The position numbers and the translations under genes are program-made. 64,000 nucleotides of DNA, from positions 9,750,391 through 9,814,390 of the forward strand of contig NC_068992.1 in NCBI RefSeq assembly GCF_001194135.2, in the 5' to 3' direction. Origin of the DNA: Octopus bimaculoides. Taxonomy: Eukaryota. The notes beneath the pieces were generated by a model. The model saw only the letters and a list, made by a program, of their open reading frames with translations, was not told the origin of the DNA and searched no databases. This document shows positions 1 through 12,799 of the stretch, piece after piece. Positions within the stretch are counted from its first letter, which is position 1, and every line of letters starts with the position of its first letter.

Positions 1-31
<31 letters not shown>

Positions 32-63
32 TATATATTAATATCTGTATGTGTGGGTGTGCA

Positions 64-97
<34 letters not shown>

Positions 98-239
98 TAT
101 GAAAAGATTGATGACCAAACATGATTTCACAGAAGACTGTAAATGAACGACAGGGATAAGAACATTTAGATTCATAAAGAAAACCTGAAACCAAGACGAG
201 TGGAAAAGATTAGTAACAAAATTCAGATGCCACAATGGC

Positions 240-1000
240 AGAAATGCTGTTCTGTTGAATCTGGTAGCAGGTAATATCCAACAATGAAGAACTCTTTTCT
301 CCTGCTGGAAATAATTACCATATTTTCTGGCATACAAGATGACATAGTATATAATGTAAACATTCAAACATCGTCATTATTTTCCCAAATCCTGCTGCAT
401 TTCACATGGAATTTTAAATCCTCCAAAGTCAACTTTGTGTGGAAATCAACTAACCATTTTTGCCTGTGAATTTGGGGTCTGAAAAATTTGACGTGTATGC
501 TGGGAACTACAGTATATCAGTTTGGACCTAATTGTACAATGAAATCTCTTGGAAATTTTAATATAAGGGACATATTGTCTCTGAACTTTTAGGATTTCAT
601 ATTTTTAGGTTGTATCATATTTTTTTCTTCAAAACTGAAGAATACAGCTGCAGCATCTTTGGCAATAAACACATCCCTTATGTATATCAGATGATTGATG
701 GTTCTTCACTGACTCTTAAATATCAGTGAGAATAATATTTTATTCAATAAACCAGACCAGTCCATCATTAATCATTTATTCAAAAGTATTTTACATAAGT
801 AGTTTGACTGATAAGAGATTGGCCTGTAACTGAAAGGGAATCAGTATGATGGCTTCTTGGTTTTGGTCTGGTGGAAATAATGATAGATTCCTTCTAAGGA
901 AGAGGATAATAATATCTTTCAGATCAGATGGGTTAAAGAAAAATAAAAGAAGTTTACTTATTTCATATTGCAATTTGGAGACAATACAGGCTTCCAACAA
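240..1000 (-). mobile_element. Decayed I/Nimb-clade LINE, reverse transcriptase region
   Basis: Minus-strand translation across frameshifts/stops gives SYRPIS, TFE*MINDGLVWFIE*NIILTDI and YDTT*KYEILK, matching I-clade RT motifs (NYRPISL, TFERMINERLVWFLE, YDTTWKYGIL). Confidence 0.75.
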
Positions 1001-1162
1001 GCCAATTCCTGATTCATTACAGTTCTGGTGGCAAGAATGACAAGGAAGCATCTATAACTCAGAGGCCTTCATGCAAACAGCATCTGTTTTTTGCCAATGT
1101 TTACATCTTTCATTGATATTTACCGCCTTTAGCAATATACAGTGACAGACAGACAGATAGAG

Positions 1163-1260
1163 AGAGAGAGAGGGAGGAACAGAGACAGAAGGAGAGAGAG
1201 GGAGGAACAGAGACAGAAGGAGAGAGAGGGAGGAACAGAGACAGAAGGAGAGAGACAGAG
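1163..1260 (+). repeat. 28-bp purine-rich minisatellite (about 3 copies)
   Basis: gggaggaacag recurs at 1172, 1200 and 1228. Confidence 0.9.
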
Positions 1261-1794
1261 ACACACACACACATACACACATAGACACAACAGCCATCTT
1301 CTAGCTTCCATCAACCAAATCCATGTCTGGAACAATAGCAAAAGACACTTGCCCAAGGTGCTGCACAGTGGGGCTGAACCCAAGACCACATGGTTGGGAA
1401 GCAAACGTCTTAATTACACACCCATGAATGATATTAAATGCTTCTCCCCAATTAAGTAAAGTGGAGATGATGTTAATGTTATGGCAGGTTGCTTTGTGCT
1501 TTCAAAGACCAGTTAAAGAAAAAAATCCTTTTCTTGAAAAACAGTTTAGGATGGGTGACAGGAAAAGCATCCGGTTGTAAAATCCTTCCTTAATAACTTT
1601 TATGGTTATATAGAAAAATGGATGTTAAATGAATGAATATACATACAAAGGGCATTCTATTAACTTTCACACACAAGATGTTGGTCAATCAAAGATAAAA
1701 GTAAAAGAAACTTGCTGAAGGAGTTGTACAATGAAACTGAACCCAAAGCATCTAGGTTGCAAAACAAGGTCCACAACTGCCCTGTGATGCCCCA

Positions 1795-2071
1795 CCAGGT
1801 TATTGGAAAATGTTGGGTACCATGTAAAAAGCACCCAGTCCGATCTGTAAAGTGATTGATGTCAGAAAGGGCATCTAGTCTTAAAAAACCCTTACCAAAG
1901 CAGACCTTGCCGGTGCTGGTGCCACTTTGGTTGGTGCTGGGAATGGTATATAACCATAAAAAGAAACATGCAAAAGTAGGCAGTGGAATTCGGCGCAGTC
2001 CTCCAGCATATCACTTCCTGTCAAACCATACAACCCATGCCAGCATGGTGGACAGATGTTAAATGATGATA

Positions 2072-2126
<55 letters not shown>

Positions 2127-2140
2127 GGATGATGATGATG
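1795..2140 (+). mobile_element. Older copy of RTE-tailed retroposon (family D) with expanded (GAT)n tail
   Basis: Contains gtaaaaagcacccag, ggaagggcatc-like segment and ccatgccagcatgg hairpin, followed by a long (GAT)n run. Confidence 0.7.
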
Positions 2141-2597
2141 AAGAAGAACATAATGCTACCATCTCACAGATAGATTTTTTGAGTGATATTGTTCAAAGGA
2201 AACTGAAAGGTTGTATTGTTCTCTATTATTTGAATCAAAATTTTGCCATGTATTTTTATTCTTGCATTTTTTTTTTCTCTGTTGAAACAGAGGAAAACAA
2301 TTGCTTGATGAAGAGTTTTAACTAACTATTTTATCTAGTTTATTTCATAGGCTATGGGCTATGATTAATAACATGGGTCCATTTTTGTGATATTTTTTCA
2401 ACAAGATTTACTGTCCTTATGTTTAAACTAGTTTTTAATTTTCATTTCATATCATGTTTTATACTTTATTTAAAAAGCGATATTACTCAGCATAAAACAA
2501 CAATAGCTTGCTTTTCATAGATTCTGATATCATAGAATCTAATAATGTAATATCTCATTAAACATTACATAATCTTCACTTCAGAATATATATATAT

Positions 2598-2890
2598 ATC
2601 ATCATCATCATCATCATCATTATCATCATTTAATGTCCGCTTTCCATGCTAGCATGGGTTGGATGATTTGACTGAGGACTGGCAAGCCAGAAGGCTGCAC
2701 CAGGCTCCAATCTGATTTGGCAGAGTTTCTACAGCTGGATGCCCTTCCTAACGCCAACCACTCCGAGAGTGTAGTGGGTGTTTTTATGCGCCACCGGCAC
2801 GAGGGCCAGTCACACGGTACTGGCAATGGCCACGCTCAAAAAGGTGTTTTTTACGTGCCACCTGCACGGGAGCCAGTCCAGCAGCACTAT
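2598..2890 (-). mobile_element. Young family D retroposon (CCATGCTAGCATGG hairpin, GAT tail, 5' hairpin modules), runs into gap
   Basis: Near-identical to copies at 17.2, 23.7, 35.2, 42.1 and 52.4 kb. The (CAT)n on the plus strand is the element's tail. Confidence 0.85.
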
Positions 2891-3313
2891 NNNNNNNNNN
2901 NNNNNNNNNNNNNNNNNNNNNNNNNNNNNNNNNNNNNNNNNNNNNNNNNNNNNNNNNNNNNNNNNNNNNNNNNNNNNNNNNNNNNNNNNNNNNNNNNNNN
3001 NNNNNNNNNNNNNNNNNNNNNNNNNNNNNNNNTATATATATAATACATATATAATTTAGAGAAAAAACAACTATTAACAAATTCAACGATGAAAAATGTC
3101 ATTCAAAACATATAGAAAAATAAATATATTAATAAGTTTCAAAATATATTCTTTTCTAGATGGTATAGGAATATCCTTCAAAGATGAATTCCAAAATAGA
3201 TGTTCTATCTTACCTGTAAGTTCCATAACTAACGAAATTGGAGTTAATACAATCAATAAACGTTAGTTATAAATAGAAATAGAAATATTATAATAATATT
3301 AGGGAATACAATT

Positions 3314-3351
<38 letters not shown>

Positions 3352-3734
3352 CCCAAGATGTCATGCAGTGGAACTGAACCCCAAGCTACATGGTTAAGAA
3401 GTAAATTTCTTACTACACAGCCACACCTGCACCTATGTAGAATTGATTTTTTTACAGAAATATAAGTGAAGCATCATAAATTCTGTCACCAGGGATACAG
3501 GTGTTACAGTGTCCATTATTGAAATTTTTGAAGTTATTGAAATTATATTTTTTTTAAATTTCTTATATGTTAATAAAACATTAGAAATAATATTTTTAAG
3601 TAGGAGATTTAGTTTTGTTAAGCTGATCAATAAATTTCAGCAGTTCTAATAGATTATTTATCATTACCATTCTGGATTTGATGTTAGTGAAACAAGATTC
3701 TTTGACTCTGTCACGGTTAAAATCCTTGTTTTTC

Positions 3735-3830
3735 TTTTCTAAGAAGTTTAAATATCTCAGGACTGTATTCATGAGTGATGGAAGGCAGAGGGCTGAATTA
3801 GATGTTAGAATTACAGGTGCTTGCAGACAC
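3735..3830 (+). mobile_element. RTE-clade LINE fragment (end of RT)
   Basis: KFKYLRTVFMSDGRQRAELDVRITGA resembles the RTE FKYLG...DG...EI..RI..A motif. Confidence 0.65.
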
Positions 3831-4329
3831 ACGAACTTGCTTCAGCAATTCAAAGCACGAAAAAATGTTTCTGAAAGTCCTACAGTAACTTCCAAGACCT
3901 TGGCAGTCTACAGGTGCAAATCAGTGAATGACTTTGATAAAGTCAATCCAGATTTGCCCCTCATAGGTATTTCCCATTAATAAATATGTCACAAACACAT
4001 TTTAACCAACCTGAAGTTCACACACACACATATATGGAGTGAGAGAGAGGGGGGAGACAGACAAACAGACAAACAGACAAACAGATTGATTTGGATGAGT
4101 TATTTTGCTGATATTTTCTGTTTTATCTAGTTATATTCTAGGAATGTTGTACAAGTAATAAAATCAAGCATTAAGTGCAGTTTGCTTGTGCAAATTTATG
4201 GCAATAATGATTCTTTCAGAATATAATAATTTTGATTTCAACACAGTTTTGGATTAAAATTTATGCTGAACGAATTCCGTTTTGTACTTATGCGGGAAAG
4301 TGAACAAATATGTTCGTTTGAACTTGTTG

Positions 4330-4670
4330 GATTTATTTCTCAATGATGTAAATCAGACACAATTTGAAAAGAAAGAAAAGACTTCTCTTACAGTTGGTAT
4401 ATAATATATTCCTTGAGATATGCATTTACTAGTGGCATCACCTTCTGCTCCAGCATTGCCAACAGAACTAAATTTCTCTCTGCAACAGAGTCTTTGAATG
4501 GACAAATGGATGACACTTGAAACATTTTAAAGGATTATAAATATATGGCTCAACCTTTAAATTGTAATATCCAATTCAGAATTCTTTAGGGAGAGCCAGC
4601 GTCTCAAATGTCAGCAATAAGGCATTTATGAGAATCTTCTTTTCTTTCCTTTCTTTTTGTGAAAGAGAAC
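4330..4670 (-). mobile_element. Decayed I/Nimb-clade LINE ORF1 (gag-like zinc knuckle region)
   Basis: LLLTFETLALPKEF*IGYYNLKVEPYIYNPLKCFKCHPFVHSK matches the I-clade ORF1 motif PYIPNPLRCFKCQRFGH. Confidence 0.75.
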
Positions 4671-4819
4671 TTTCAACAGATGCTAAGCCTTGCAAAGTAA
4701 GTTTTTTTTTCCATTTTTATCTCTTCTTCATTCACAGATTGAAAGACTGGAGATGTCCACTTGATCTTTACCGAAGTTTAATGGTGAGTCACTTTCACTT
4801 TTGAAGTTCGCCATATTCA

Positions 4820-4861
<42 letters not shown>

Positions 4862-5450
4862 CACACTCACATTTTCTTTTGTCCACCATCTTTGCTATTT
4901 TCCATGAATATCTGGTCATAATATTATTTATTTGTCTAACCTCCCTCCCCCCGGTCCCACCTCTAACGTCTGTTAAACCTGTCTCTCATTAAACAAATGG
5001 ATAACATTTAGAAAAATATTCATGTTCTTCATGTTCATGTCCTCTATAGTGTTAAGTATAGGAAATTTTAGATGCCAGCATCTTTACTAGAAAATATTGA
5101 GCTAAAAAAACGGCGATGTCTGCTGCCATTCCTTGTCAACAAATTATTCTTTAAGTGTTGTGCTTCCAAAGGCATATGAAACTAGAAAAAAATCCATTAC
5201 TTGAAAAAGTGATAAGTGTAAACAACAGGAAGTGCATCTGGCTGCAAAATAAAAATCCCACAATAATTTGTACTCATCCGAGCCATGCAAACATGAAGGA
5301 AAAAAATGAACGTAAAATTAACAAACAAATGATTAAGCTTGAAAATGTTCCTCACTATCTGATCCTTTCTTCTGGTACAGCCTTTACTGAAAAGGCCTAT
5401 GATTAAAGGCATTCAGGCTGTGACCACCACATTCATTTTTAGAAATACAT

Positions 5451-5838
5451 TGTTGTTGTTGTTGGCACTTCGTCGCTTACGACGTCGAGGGTTCCAGTTG
5501 ATCCGATCAACGGAACAGCCTGCTCGTGAAATTAACATGCAAGTGGCTGCGCACTCCACAGACACGTGTACCCTTAACGTAGTTCTCGGGGAGATTCAGT
5601 ATGACACAGAGTGACAAGGCTGGCCCTTTGAAATACAGGTACAACAGAAACAGGAAGAAAGAGTGAGAGAAAGTTGTGGTGAAAGAGTACAGCAGGGTTC
5701 GCCACCATCCCCTGCCGGAGCCTCGTAGAGCTTTAGGTGTTTTCGCTCAATAAACACTCACAACGCCCGGTCTGGGAATCGAAACCACGATCCTATGACC
5801 GCGAGTCCGCTGCCCTAACCACTGGACCATTGCACCTC
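5451..5838 (-). mobile_element. tRNA-derived SINE family B (octopus OR-type)
   Basis: Reverse complement closely matches the 38608-38990 copy: tRNA-like head with A/B boxes and a (CAA)n tail. Confidence 0.85.
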
Positions 5839-7344
5839 CACAAAAATACATTAGCCAGTGTGAACCCACCCTCTTTTAACATATTTACAGCAACTGGAAC
5901 GTGTTGGGTTCCAGTGGATCCAATCAAAGGAACAGCCTGCTTGGGAAATTAATGTACAAATGGCTGAGTACACCACAAGCACTATGAATATTATCCAAGC
6001 CCCTCATTCTCAGTCTCACCCTAGGTCTCCTGTCAGTTGGCTCAGCTTGAAGAATTCATCTTGTGATTCTTTCTTGTGACATTCTAATAACAAACTTGTA
6101 GAACAGGAGCTGTGACCACTTGACAGTAATGATCAAGAAATAGCAGTCAAATCTTCCACAAATTACATCCTCCAAACAATTAAAGTTAGAGAAAATCTAG
6201 ATGGTCATGGCTGGAGTGCTTTTGATAAACGCCTGCTCTATCAGGAACTTTGGGTTAAACAACAATTACTAAAATCAATAGAAAGAGTTAAAAGAGTCTT
6301 CATGTGGTCACTCAACCTGCAAGAAGCAACAGCTAGATCTCCCTCAAAACTCCCCACACCAAATAGTCTTAGAAAAGAACACAATGGATGCTGTGGAGCT
6401 GGATTCCTTGCTCATGGGCAAAGGTGAAGTGGTCATGGGTGGAATGTCTTTGATTAATGCCTGCTTGACCAGGACTGATTTGTGGCTAAACAACAACAAA
6501 AACAACAACTACCACCCCCAAGCACCACCACCACCACCACCACCATAACTATCATCATCATCATCATTGTCATGAATCATTCCTCTTTGTTCTCTATGTG
6601 TTAAAAGAGTAATCTACTCCTCCATCCATCATCCATCAACACAACTGGCCCGACTCCACACCACCACCACCACCGCCGCCGCCACCCTACAACGTATTCT
6701 GGGAGAGAACATATCGGACACGTCGATATATCAGACACATCATATATAATTATACTCACAGTGCTAAGGAACTTAATTAACTTAATAAAATGACAGCCAA
6801 TAGTTAATTGTTTTAAATTACAGAGCTTGCGAAAAGAGTGAAAAAAAACTCTGTGTGTATGAGAGAGAGAGAGCGAGAGAGAGAGAGGGGAACAGACTGA
6901 AAGAGAGAGACAGAGAGAGAGAAACAGAGTGAGAGAGAGAAACAGAGTGAGAGAGAGACAGGGAGAGACAGAGAGGTCCATGGTGTAAAAGTTTACACGG
7001 ACAACAAGCTGCTGCCGCTGCTGTTGTTGTTGTCAAATATTGGATGGAAAATATAACTTTTGTTGACCACTGATCACATGGATCTGTTTGTATACAGAAC
7101 CTGCATGTACTCACACATGTGCAGATATGTATGAGGCAACTTGGCAATCATTAGAGCAGTCATGAAGAAAATGCAGCCCAGCAAGCCACATGTGGCCTGC
7201 AGGGCTTTCAGAATGGCCTAACATAAAATTATCTTGAATTTTTTTTCAGTACTGCAGCCTGTCTGACAATCAGCCATGTCTCATGCAGCCCATTTCTCAG
7301 GAAAAAGTTGACCATGTCTGTGTCAGAATATCAGAAGAAATGCA

Positions 7345-7565
7345 AGGCGGTGAGCTGGCAGAAACATTAGCACACCGGGTGAAATGCTTAGCGGTATCTT
7401 GTCTGTTTTTACGTTCTGAGTTCAAATTCTGCTGAGGTCAACTTTGCCTTTCATCCTTTCGGGGGTCGATAAATTAAGTACCAGTTGTATACTGGGGTTG
7501 ATCAAATCGACTGGCCCACTTCCAAAAACTTTCAGGCCTTGTGCCTAAAATAGAAAAGAATATTG
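7345..7565 (+). mobile_element. tRNA-derived SINE family C with 11-bp TSD
   Basis: Head aggcggtgagctggcag, B box gagttcaaat and central ttgcctttcatcctttcggggtcgataaa; flanked by gaagaaatgca at 7334-7344 and 7566-7576. Confidence 0.85.
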
Positions 7566-7884
7566 GAAGAAATGCATTGTGAGATATATTCTTCTGGCTC
7601 CTTATCTGTTCTGAGTTCAAATCCTACCAAGGTTCAACATTGTCTATCATCTTCTCAGGTTCAATAAGTAAAATACCAGGCAAGAGAAATAAACTGGTGG
7701 AATCATTTGAGCATCAGACAAGATACTGTGTCATATTTTGTTCCGGCCGTTTAGGTTTTGATTTCAAATCCTTGCAGTGGACTTAATCGATTAACATTCA
7801 AATCATTCTATCAAATGTGATGCTTATTTATTCACTGTTTTGAATAAATCATGGATTATCTTGTAACTTCAAGATTCCAGTGAT

Positions 7885-8281
7885 GCGGAGTGGCTGTGTG
7901 GTAAGTAGCTTGCTTACCAACCACATGGTCCCGGGTTCAGTCCCACTGCGTGGCATCTTGGGCAAGTGTCTTCTACCATAGCCTCGAGCCGACCAAAGCC
8001 TTGTGAGTGGATTTGGTAGACGGAAACTGAAAGAAGCCTGTCGTATATATGTATATATATATGTGTTTGTATGTCTGTATTTGTCCCCCCAACATCGCTT
8101 GACAACCGATGCTGGTGTGTTTATGTCCCCGTAACTTAGCGGTTCGGCAAAAGAGACCGATAGAATAAGTACTAGGCTTCCAAAGAATAAGTCCCGGGTT
8201 CGATTTGCTCGACTAAAGGCGGTGCTCCAGCATGGACACAGTCAAAAGACTGAAACAAGTAAACGAGTAAAGAGTAAAGAG
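7885..8281 (+). mobile_element. tRNA-derived SINE family A (full length, internal TA/TG microsatellite)
   Basis: Head gagtggctgtgtggtaagtagc with ggttcagtccc B box and a tail of taaaagag repeats; many near-identical copies in the window. Confidence 0.9.
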
Positions 8282-8289
8282 TATTCATT

Positions 8290-8690
8290 CAATCAAGAAT
8301 ACAAATGGCAGAAATGGGATTCCTCCAAGAAATCTCTGGGATAATGTTACTTGACAGGGTACATAGCTTGGAGATCAAGAAGGCTGTTGAGGTTGAGATG
8401 CTACCTCTTGGCATTGAGAAGTCACGGTTCCGGTACTATGGACATGTAATTAGAATGTTACAAGAAAGAATTGCAAGATGAATTTGTCAAGCTAGAACGG
8501 CGGGCCGGAAATCTAAGGGTAGATCAAATATGGAATGGTGGAAGAATATGCACAATCTCAGCTGGTCACACTAAAGAATCCAGCCAGAAAATGTAATGAC
8601 AATTGTTTCTGATATGACCTCATGGAGAAGATACCTGAAGACTCTATCCCTATGACCTCCCCAGGAATAATGGGTAGGAAAGATGGATTG
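8290..8690 (+). mobile_element. RTE-clade LINE 3' end (decayed)
   Basis: SRIQMAEMGFLQEISGIMLLDRVHSLEIKK...IEKSRFRYYGHVIRM...GRKSKGRS..W is a typical RTE C-terminus; same family at 41790-42075. Confidence 0.8.
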
Positions 8691-8890
8691 ATGTAATACT
8701 AAAGAAAATACAATGTATATTATACATGAGATATTTTATCTGAGACATCATAGCCTATAAGAGGGGGTGCGCATTATACATGAGTACATATTATACATGA
8801 GTAACTACTATATTCGATGCCAAGAAAATGGAACAGAGTATATTGACTCTGCAAGGCTTTTAGGAAACTAATATATTTTTTTATATTTAC

Positions 8891-8985
8891 CTCCATTTTC
8901 TTATGTATAGACATCCTCCTATTTTCTTTACCATTTTCCTCATTCTTTCGTTTCTCCCAAGAAATACAAGCCGACCAACCATACA
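8891..8985 (-). CDS. Candidate internal exon of an unidentified minus-strand gene
   Basis: Acceptor gtgtgtttttatcag, donor GAG|gtaaat, 95 nt. Two open frames: VYGWSACISWEKRKNEENGKENRRMSIHKKME or CMVGRLVFLGRNERMRKMVKKIGGCLYIRKW. No homology recognised. Confidence 0.3.
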
Positions 8986-9450
8986 CTGATAAAAACACAC
9001 AATTATGGATTTAGTCTAAATTACATTGCTGGTTTATAGAAGCAACAGTGAGAGAAAGAAACAATGTCAGAAACCAACAGAATGAAACACAAACAGGCAA
9101 GCAAGAAGATGAAGTGAGAAGCAGACAGACAGGACGACAAACAGACAGACAGACAGATAGATAGATAGATAGATAGATAGATAAAAAGACAAACAGACAG
9201 AATGGTAGATAGATGGATGGATTTGGTGGATGGATGGATGGATGAATATACAGATGATATAGATACAGAGATAGATAGCTAGATAGATATACAGAACACT
9301 GTTTAATGTAAAAACACACAAACTTATTGGCACTGATATATTACACGACATAGTGAAAAATAAAGTTTGATCCCACCCGCCAACCTGAAACAATTGCTAT
9401 CAAGGGAATTTTCAAAAGACAATAATAACAATAACAACAACAACAACAAC

Positions 9451-9481
<31 letters not shown>

Positions 9482-9836
9482 GAAACAAAATTAAAAAATG
9501 CAACAAGATGTGATCATAAAAATGAACAAAGACATATATATATATAACACGTGTATATATTTATATTGCATCATTCACATCAACAACAATAAAATCAAGA
9601 AAACAGAGACTATCCCTCTTTCTACACCACTCACCAATGACAATAAAAAATATACACTGGTTGACAGAAAAAAAGACTATACAAAATACACACACACACA
9701 CATAAAATGGAAACAGCTTAAATAAGATATTTGCCAATTAAGAAAAGTTAATCCTAGCAGAAGTAAGATTTCTTCAAGTTAGATAAACATAAACAATATG
9801 ATACATACATACATACATACATACATACATACACAC

Positions 9837-9868
<32 letters not shown>

Positions 9869-9967
9869 GTATATATGCGTTTGTGTATGTATGTATGTAT
9901 GTATGTATGTATGTATGTATATTCACGCGCATACATATAAATATATGGATGAATGGATGCATGTATG

Positions 9968-10009
<42 letters not shown>

Positions 10010-10820
10010 NNNNNNNNNNNNNNNNNNNNNNNNNNNNNNNNNNNNNNNNNNNNNNNNNNNNNNNNNNNNNNNNNNNNNNNNNNNNNNNNNNNNNNNNNNN
10101 NNNNNNNNNNNNNNNNNNNNNNNNNNNNNNNNNNNNNNNNNNNNNNNNNNNNNNNNNNNNNNNNNNNNNNNNNNNNNNNNNNNNNNNNNNNNNNNNNNNN
10201 NNNNNNNNNNNNNNNNNNNNNNNNNNNNNNNNNNNNNNNNNNNNNNNNNNNNNNNNNNNNNNNNNNNNNNNNNNNNNNNNNNNNNNNNNNNNNNNNNNNN
10301 NNNNNNNNNNNNNNNNNNNNNNNNNNNNNNNNNNNNNNNNNNNNNNNNNNNNNNNNNNNNNNNNNNNNNNNNNNNNNNNNNNNNNNNNNNNNNNNNNNNN
10401 NNNNNNNNNNNNNNNNNNNNNNNNNNNNNNNNNNNNNNNNNNNNNNNNNNNNNNNNNNNNNNNNNNNNNNNNNNNNNNNNNNNNNNNNNNNNNNNNNNNN
10501 NNNNNNNNNNNNNNNNNNNNNNNNNNNNNNNNNNNNNNNNNNNNNNNNNNNNNNNNNNNNNNNNNNNNNNNNNNNNNNNNNNNNNNNNNNNNNNNNNNNN
10601 NNNNNNNNNNNNNNNNNNNNNNNNNNNNNNNNNNNNNNNNNNNNNNNNNNNNNNNNNNNNNNNNNNNNNNNNNNNNNNNNNNNNNNNNNNNNNNNNNNNN
10701 NNNNNNNNNNNNNNNNNNNNNNNNNNNNNNNNNNNNNNNNNNNNNNNNGTGAAACTCAGAGTAACGGTTTTTTTGTTATATTTCTGCTGCTTTTAAATAA
10801 AGTGTATATATATATATATA

Positions 10821-11058
10821 CTCTTTTTTTTACTCTTTTACTTGTTTCAGTCATTTGACTGCGGCCATGCTGGAGCACCGCCTTTAGTCGAGCAAATCGA
10901 CCCCAGGACTTATTCTTTGTAAGCCTAGTACTTATTCTATCGGTCTCTTTTGCCAAACCGCTAAGTTACGGGGAACGTAAACACACCAGCATCGGTTGTC
11001 AAGCGATGTTGGGGGGGGGGACAAACACAGACACACAAACACATATATATACATATAT
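10821..11058 (-). mobile_element. SINE family A, 3' half
   Basis: Reverse complement matches 8070-8281. Confidence 0.85.
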
Positions 11059-11191
11059 CATCTGTACAATGTGGGATCATCTGTACATGGTGGAACAAAT
11101 ACTACACAGGGTAATTTTTATTTGGAAACAAAAATAATAGTTCTTCAGTTTTCTTAATCAAAATTTCTTGTTGATATGGATTAGCAAGAGA

Positions 11192-11231
<40 letters not shown>

Positions 11232-11244
11232 CACACACACACAT

Positions 11245-11490
11245 GTGGAGGTGCATGGCTTAGTGGTTAGGGTGTCAGCATCATGATCGTAAGATTGTGG
11301 TTTCAATTCCTGAACAGGGCGACGCGTTGTGTTCTTGAGCAAAGCACTTCATTTCACGTTGCTCCAGTCCACTCAGCTGGCAAAAATGAGTAACACTGCA
11401 ATGGACTGGCGTCCCATCCAGCTGGGGAACACATACGCCATTGAAACCGGGAAACGGGGCCCATGAGCCTGGCTAGGCTTTAAAAGGGTG
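11245..11490 (+). mobile_element. tRNA-derived SINE with CORE-like central box
   Basis: Head ggaggtgcatggcttagtggttagg; tgtgttcttgagcaaagcacttc...ctccagtccactcagctggcaaaaatgag resembles the CORE-SINE domain. Related copies at 16900-17130, 17595-17830 and 53880-54000. Confidence 0.7.
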
Positions 11491-11979
11491 CATTTATTTT
11501 TTTTATTACATATACACTCACACACATACACATACATTACACACATACATGCATACACAGAGGATGCTTGTTTCTCAACCGTATGGTTCCTAGTTCAGCC
11601 CCACTGCATGGCACCTTTGTCAAGTGTCTTTTGGGCTGACCAAAGCCTTGTGAGTGAATTTGGTAGATGGAAATTCCATTGTGTGTTTATTTATGCTTGT
11701 GTGAAAGTGCTCCTTTAATAGTAAGAAGGGAAACATACATACACATACATAGATATGCATATAATCACACACACACACACACATAATTGGCACATGTACC
11801 TGTATAGGAACCAGGCTCAGTGCTTGTACAGAGAACCTCTTCTTGTACTGCAAAGAGCAACACTCCAGTTTCAAGTAACAAATCTTAATTTTTCATATCA
11901 ATCATCAGGTTTTAACCACAATGACATTTCATTCAACTTCCGAAAACCTGCCAAGAATTTTTCCTACTTCCAGCACTAC

Positions 11980-12410
11980 AGCCAGCACCATCATCATCGT
12001 CACCACCACCACCACCACCGGTACCATCACCATCATCATCATCATCATCATCATCATCGTCACCACCACCACAAACACCACCACCACCACCACCGGTACC
12101 ATCACCATCATCATCATCATCATCGTTATCTTTACCATCGTCGTTATCGTTATCATCATCATGATTGTTGATCATTATTTTAAAAGAAATTATTATTATT
12201 GTTGTTGTTGTTGTAGTTGCTGCTACTACCAGTAATACTACAACTATTATTACTATTATTTTTATTATTATTACTGTTGCTACTACTACTGCTACTACTT
12301 TTACTATTAATATTATTACTACCATTCTTTCTACTACCGTTATTATTATTGCTGTTATTCTTACCACCACCACCACCACCACCACCAATACTACAACTAC
12401 TACTAACTGA
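11980..12410. repeat. Compound CAT/CAC/TAT/TGT/TAC trinucleotide array
   Basis: Directly visible; includes a duplicated caccaccaccggtaccatcaccatc block. Confidence 0.9.
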
Positions 12411-12483
12411 AGCCCAAATATTAATTGAAGATTATAAATCCAATTATGAACAGATTATATGGCTGTAGAAACGAAGACATTAC

Positions 12484-12538
12484 CTTAGTGACAATCTGAC
12501 TGGAATCAAACTGACGTTGAATGAGTCTAAGAGTGACA
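12484..12538 (-). CDS. Candidate internal exon (55 nt)
   Basis: Acceptor attagttgtttcag, donor AAG|gtaatg. Open as VTLRLIQRQFDSSQIVTK (phase 2 to 0) or VSLLDSFNVSLIPVRLSL (phase 1 to 2). Confidence 0.3.
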
Positions 12539-12799
12539 CTGAAACAACTAATAGCAGAATGGGTGAATGGTTGCTAAACCAGGGTATTACCCAACACTAT
12601 CATCCACCCCAGTAAGGGCCAAGCAAATAAGGGAAGGAGCTACAACACAGGCATTCAGCTTGCTAGATATAGCAACCAAATCTCCTTCGTTTCATATCTT
12701 TTATCTTTTATAACTTTTACTTGTTGCAGTGATTAAACTGTGGTCATGCTGGGGCACTACCCTGAGGGAATATAGTCAAAGGAATTGACCTCAGTAGGG

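Noticed and set aside
4738-4783. Plus-strand exon candidate LKDWRCPLDLYRSLM with good splice sites
   Set aside because: No phase-compatible partner except through an implausible 41-nt intron; adjacent to an I-element end and no homology recognised. Not excluded, but unsupported.
9798-10858. Long ORFs of 289-332 aa in the track (also 26.5-27.4, 35.8-36.8, 39.3-40.4, 42.2-43.2, 44.0-45.0 and 62.8-63.3 kb)
   Set aside because: They consist of N-gap X runs and translated (TA)n/(CA)n/(TACA)n microsatellites.
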